DNA of 64,000 nt. It comes from Dicyema japonicum (lineage: Eukaryota; Animalia; Dicyemida). The position numbers were made by a program, and so were the translations under genes. Location: positions 1 to 64,000 of the forward strand of contig RDEW01000041.1 of NCBI GenBank assembly GCA_011109175.1, written 5' to 3'. Below, in pieces: positions 59,506 through 64,000 of this stretch (positions are counted from its first letter, which is position 1; each line of letters opens with the position of its first letter). The notes under the pieces were generated by a model. It ran no database searches and was not told the DNA's origin. It saw only the letters and a list, made by a program, of their open reading frames with translations.

Positions 59506-61777
59506 AATGCTAACTAGTCAAATCAAGGATGGTCACTACACAAATGTTATATACAATCTAGTACATCTCCTAACCTCACAGATAGATTAAAAAGAAGAAA
59601 TATAAAGAAGCAGTATCCATTCTAACAGATGTATGTGAATCACACAACAGAGTATAGGAAGATAATTACTTAGTCACGTGCTGCACTGTCCTTGCTAGGA
59701 TTTTGTTACTATGAAATGCAGGAATATGTCCAGGCTGCTGATATGTACGAAAAGCTGACTTTGTTGTACCCAAAAAATTCTCAATACCGTTTATACTACG
59801 CCCAATCTCTGCTTAATGCATGCCTATATGACGAAGCTCTTAAAGTCATCTCCAAAGTGGAAGAATCAGAGTTCAAAGAAGAAGTAATCAATAAATACTT
59901 TATTTTAGGCTTCCAAAATACGACTTGCTGTTTATTATGCAAAGGAGGACTTTCAAACATGCAGAGTTTCAATTCTGGTAACACTTCCAGGGTCTGTTAT
60001 TGGAGTCCAACCAGAATGATGTGGATACCATAGTAAAACATGCTTGTTTGTGTTATAAGGTTGTGTTTACAAGGATATCTTTGCAGGACGGAAGATATCA
60101 CGAGAGTTTGAAATATTTTGAGCAAGCCGTGACAATGAGTGGATCTACACCAGAACTGTCATATAATATAGCAGTCTGCCATTATAAATTACAACAATTT
60201 GCAGTCGCACTGCGTCATATTGCAGAGATCATTGAAAAGGGGATCAAGGACCACCCAGGTAGATAATTACGTGTATGCAGAACTTGGAGTTGGGGCAGTG
60301 GGAGAAGGAATATATCTAAAAACAGTGGGGAACTCGATCACTCTGTACAATTCAGCACTGATAGAGGCCTTCAATTTGCGTGCTGCAATCGAATACAAAC
60401 TAACAATAGTATAATATAAAACAAGCATTGTACAGCCCAGGCAGCCAGGGAGGCCATTTCGGACATGCCTCCACGTTTGGAAGAGGAATTAGATCCGATT
60501 ACACTACACAATACAGCATTGGTCAACATGGAAAATGAGGCTAGTCAGGGATTCGAAAAGCTACAGTATTTGCTTCAACAGCCCACGTGGCCTGAAAACA
60601 CATTTTCGAATATTTTGATCCTATATTTAAAATACGGAGTAAGAGTCAATATTTTATAAAGCACTACGACGTGGCTGCAGATGTTATGGCCGACAATGAG
60701 TTCTACGTCCAGAATAACCTGAGCACCGTATTTTGTAGAAAATATAGTTTAGTATCTGAGAGAATTCTTAGAGGCGGCTATTCTTAGCAATCAATCCCCA
60801 GAAGAGGCGTATATGAAATTGGAAACACTCTGTGGTAAGCAGACGGATATTCTGAGACAGCTGGGGAAGGAAGTCCAGGAGTGCAGATCCCATAGATATG
60901 ACGAACCTTTTGAGAAAGAAGGTAGATGAGTATGACGAAGCACTGGAATTGTAAGAATGACCATTAACTTAGATTTATCCAATTTTGATGCAACAAGCCA
61001 AAATTTACTGGGAAGTCGAAAATTATAAGAAAGTCGAACGGATATTCAGGTCTTCAGTAGAGTTTTGCAACGAACACGAATCTTGGAGGCTGAACGTTGC
61101 CCACGTGCTTTTTATGCAAGAAAAATATAAAGAAGCTATCACTTACTATGACCCAATCGTACGGGAGAACTACGAAAACGTTGTTTTGTGTGATTTTAAC
61201 CAAGACGATTGAAATAAGTGCGATTATCCTGGCAAATCTGTGTGTGTCTTACATTATGACAAACATGAATAAGGAAGTTGACTTAATATAAGTTGTTGTA
61301 GGCTGAGAAAATTATGAGGAAGATTGAGAGTGATGAGGTCCAGGCATGCTATGATGAACCAGAGAGGAAAATATATCACTTATGCATTGTAAATCTGGTC
61401 ATTGGTTATCCCTTCTTTATAAGTTAGAACTTTGTACTGCTCAAAGGGTAACTACGAGTTTGGTCTGTCGAGGGTAATGAAGAGTATGGAACCTTATCAA
61501 AAAAAACTGTCAGTGGACACGTGGTTTTACACCAAAATCACTTTCCTGTCATTTATCAATCAATTATCACGACAACTCATCATTATGAGGGATTCCTTTA
61601 TTGAAGAGTGCATCACATTCCTTGAGCACTGCGAGGGTTGATGAACTTTTGACTTTAGAATACGGACAACAAATTCCTGCCAATATTAATGAAGGTAAGT
61701 ACACCAATCCGGCCAAAAATACTGTGAGTTATGAATCGAGGCTGTTAAAGAGTTACTTGCTAAGATTTTTGGATTAA
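59498..61777 (+). CDS. TTC30: intraflagellar transport protein IFT70 / TTC30 (fleer, DYF-1), many mini-introns
   Basis: QIKDGHY, SRAALSLLGFCYY, YRLYYAQSL, DHPELGVG, DMPPRLEEELDPITLHN, QAKIYW, YHLCIVNLVIGTLYCSKGNYEFG and YESRLLK. Four single-base homopolymer corrections are needed. Confidence 0.93.
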
Positions 61778-62399
61778 TAATTATTAATTTATTTTAAAAT
61801 AAAATAAATAAATATTTTTTAAATTAAATGAGTTCTGCCTTTGTGACTAGTAGTGAATTGGATTTATAGGAATAAAGTTCTGTAAAGAATGGTAGTCATT
61901 TAACTAATAAATAAGCAACAACATGCTGTATGCGAAAGAAAACAGAGAGGAAAGGCGTCTTTACTATGTCGTATGCTTATTTTCTAATGTAGTAGTGCAG
62001 GAACTGCGGTTATTCAGTAATATCAGACAATGCCTGTCTCTATGTTAATAAAATTCGCCATGACGTCGAGTAATTTTGTAATTAATCCCCAGTGAGCTAA
62101 GTCGAATAGTCACAGATGTAATCCACGATCCAACCCTTCCAAGGACACGTGATCACAACTGTCCCCGTTGTAGTAACAGAGAGGCAGTTTTCTTTCAATC
62201 CAGATCAGAACATCCAGATGTGATGATTTATGTTATTTGATTAGGCAGCCATGAAGTTGTATTATGTCTGCACTAATATCTATTGTACACATAAATGGAC
62301 TCAGTGATCTTTACTTTATTAATTTCATTCTTTATACTTTACTGTTTGTAATCTTAGTTTATGGAACCTTTCTGGTCAATAAGTTGTTGTCTGTATCTT

Positions 62400-62680
62400 A
62401 CTAAGCTCACAGATAATCGTTTTCATGCGGGTCAGAAATTGCTTGGTCGTCAGGAAAGACCCAATTTCCCTTACCTAGCAACTGCATAATACTTTCGACA
62501 CTCGCAAATTGGCCACATTTTGAAAATTTTTTAAAGAAAAAATCGTATTCTCCTTATTAATTGCCCAATTTTTAAATCCTTGGCTGTGACCAAAGATCCG
62601 CGAGAGACTGGTTGGTTCCGAGAACGTATCTCGTTGGCTATTGTTAGGGGAAATAGCATGGCCATTCAGATGCCTTAATT
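62400..62680 (+). mobile_element. CRE-clade 3' fragment
   Basis: KDPRETGWFRERISLAIVRGNSMAI. Confidence 0.7.
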
Positions 62681-62723
62681 TAATTTTATTCATTTGATAA
62701 TAAAATTTCTTTTTGATAAAAAA

Positions 62724-62823
62724 ATTTTAAATTGTCACAAATTTTAATTTTTAATAAAAATTTTATTAACACGATTTTAAATTGTCACAAATTTTAATTT
62801 TTAATAAAAATTTTATTAACACG
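62724..62823. repeat. perfect 50-bp tandem duplication
   Basis: ATTTTAAATTGTCACAAATTTTAATTTTTAATAAAAATTTTATTAACACG occurs twice. Confidence 0.9.
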
Positions 62824-62859
62824 TCTTCGAAGTCTTTTTGTGGACGCCTTAATTTACTT

Positions 62860-63300
62860 TTAATGAAAAAACTCAAATTGTATTTATAAAGAATTAAATG
62901 ATGCTATTTCGTGCCAGAAATTAGCTGATAGGTTCTCGAACTTGTTTGAATAACGATATCGAGAAAAACAATAAATAATCTTACTGAAGGACACTATTTT
63001 GAAAAATACTAAAAACATCAACCGTCTTTTAAATCTGTACATAAACGAAAGCTTCCAAAGCTTGAAGAGAGGTCGGTGGAATGGATAAAGGTATTAGAGA
63101 AATATTTTTCGAAACATTAATTTTCTAGGGGGATTTCTGAATGATAGCTTAATATCTATCAAGACAGCATTTTTTGCATTTAATAAAAATGAAAATTCTT
63201 TAGATTAAGAAAATAATGAACAAGAATGGGAAAAAATAAGACCAAATGGACATACTAGTTAGATTAACTGCAATAGGAACTCTTAGCCAATGTTGAGAAT
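62860..63300 (+). mobile_element. decayed pogo/Tigger (CENP-B HTH) fragment
   Basis: HKRKLPKLEERSVEWIK resembles the CENP-B-type PxLExxLxxW motif; multiple stops. Confidence 0.45.
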
Positions 63301-63329
63301 GAAATTTCTCTAATTTCTTCAATAAGAAA

Positions 63330-64000
63330 GTACAAAGTTAGTTGTTTTGACGCTCGAGAGAAAGAATGAAATTATTGCTTTTTTCAAAGATGGTGTTTTA
63401 CCTGATGAAAGATACAGAATATGTCGAATTTTAGAAGGAAAACGTCATCATTTCGATTGTCTGATTCGAAGTCTGACATTTTATACTTTAAAACATCCGG
63501 GATTCTATTGCATACATTTGCTGTAGAAGAAGTAGAGCAAAAAAAACTTTTTATTGAAAATATCCACCTTAAAAATGAACATCCTGGTCAAGATGGACTG
63601 CTCTTCTGAAAGATCTTATTTATGGATCGTGCAGAAATGAAGTCATGTCAGTAATTAAATCCTGTCCCCAATGTCAAGCAAGACAGCTTATGAATACCAG
63701 ACCAGCGATATTCAGTCAGAGAAAGGTATCATTTCAGTCCAACATTAGATATATTTTTGATCTAATTGATTCGCGTCATTGTGCTGATGAGAATTATGCC
63801 TGGCTTTTGGTTGGACTTGATTCATTCTCAAAGTTTTGTTGGACGACACCTTTAATAACCAAATCGGCTTACGAGGTATCTGGTCCGATTAAAATCGAGG
63901 TATCAGGTGCGATTAAAAAATCGTACTAATGTTTGGAAAACCGACGATTCTACACACTGAAAATTGAAAAAAATTTGTCAATGAAAAAATGAAATATAAA
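63330..64000 (+). mobile_element. rve-type integrase pseudogene (KRBA2/SCAND3/Ginger-like)
   Basis: HLKNEHPG..CPQCQ (HHCC), then DLID..WLLVGLDSFSKFCWTTPLITKSAYEV. No RT or gag is visible in the window. Confidence 0.75.

Overview
AT-rich animal nuclear DNA with no prokaryotic features (no operons, rRNA or CRISPR). The host genes are split by tiny GT-AG introns (22-29 nt in most that I measured), so the ORF track shows them only in pieces. That intron size matches what is reported for dicyemid mesozoans; the taxon is an inference. Reconstructed genes: a ZYG11/ZER1-like CRL2 receptor, a minimal MECOM/PRDM16 (Hamlet/EGL-43)-like zinc-finger gene, V-ATPase subunit d, an OCIAD1-like gene, DGAT1, tRNA-Pro(AGG), a TE-disrupted Ig+FN3 membrane protein, a Max/Myc-type bHLH, GEMIN8, and IFT70/TTC30 with an RFX X-box over its start. 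Most of the rest is mobile DNA: a dominant APE-RT LINE family whose ORF ends in 'GIT-stop' (about 13 3' ends), RTE, CRE, R4/NeSL-like and Jockey/I-like LINEs, SINE families, hAT and pogo transposons, and an rve integrase. The most notable candidate system is on the minus-strand LINE at 43860-46083. It has an HDV-ribozyme-like 5' fold, then a 2A (StopGo) peptide before the endonuclease, which is the L1Tc/Ingi-type layout. Other copies of the family carry a covarying 3' RNA stem that a SINE shares. Other highlights are an RT-less RTE with an intact endonuclease ORF, an intron-containing TFIIS fragment inside hAT ends, and repeated single-base homopolymer indels in conserved genes (probably assembly error). 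All calls were made by eye without database searches, and TE boundaries are approximate.
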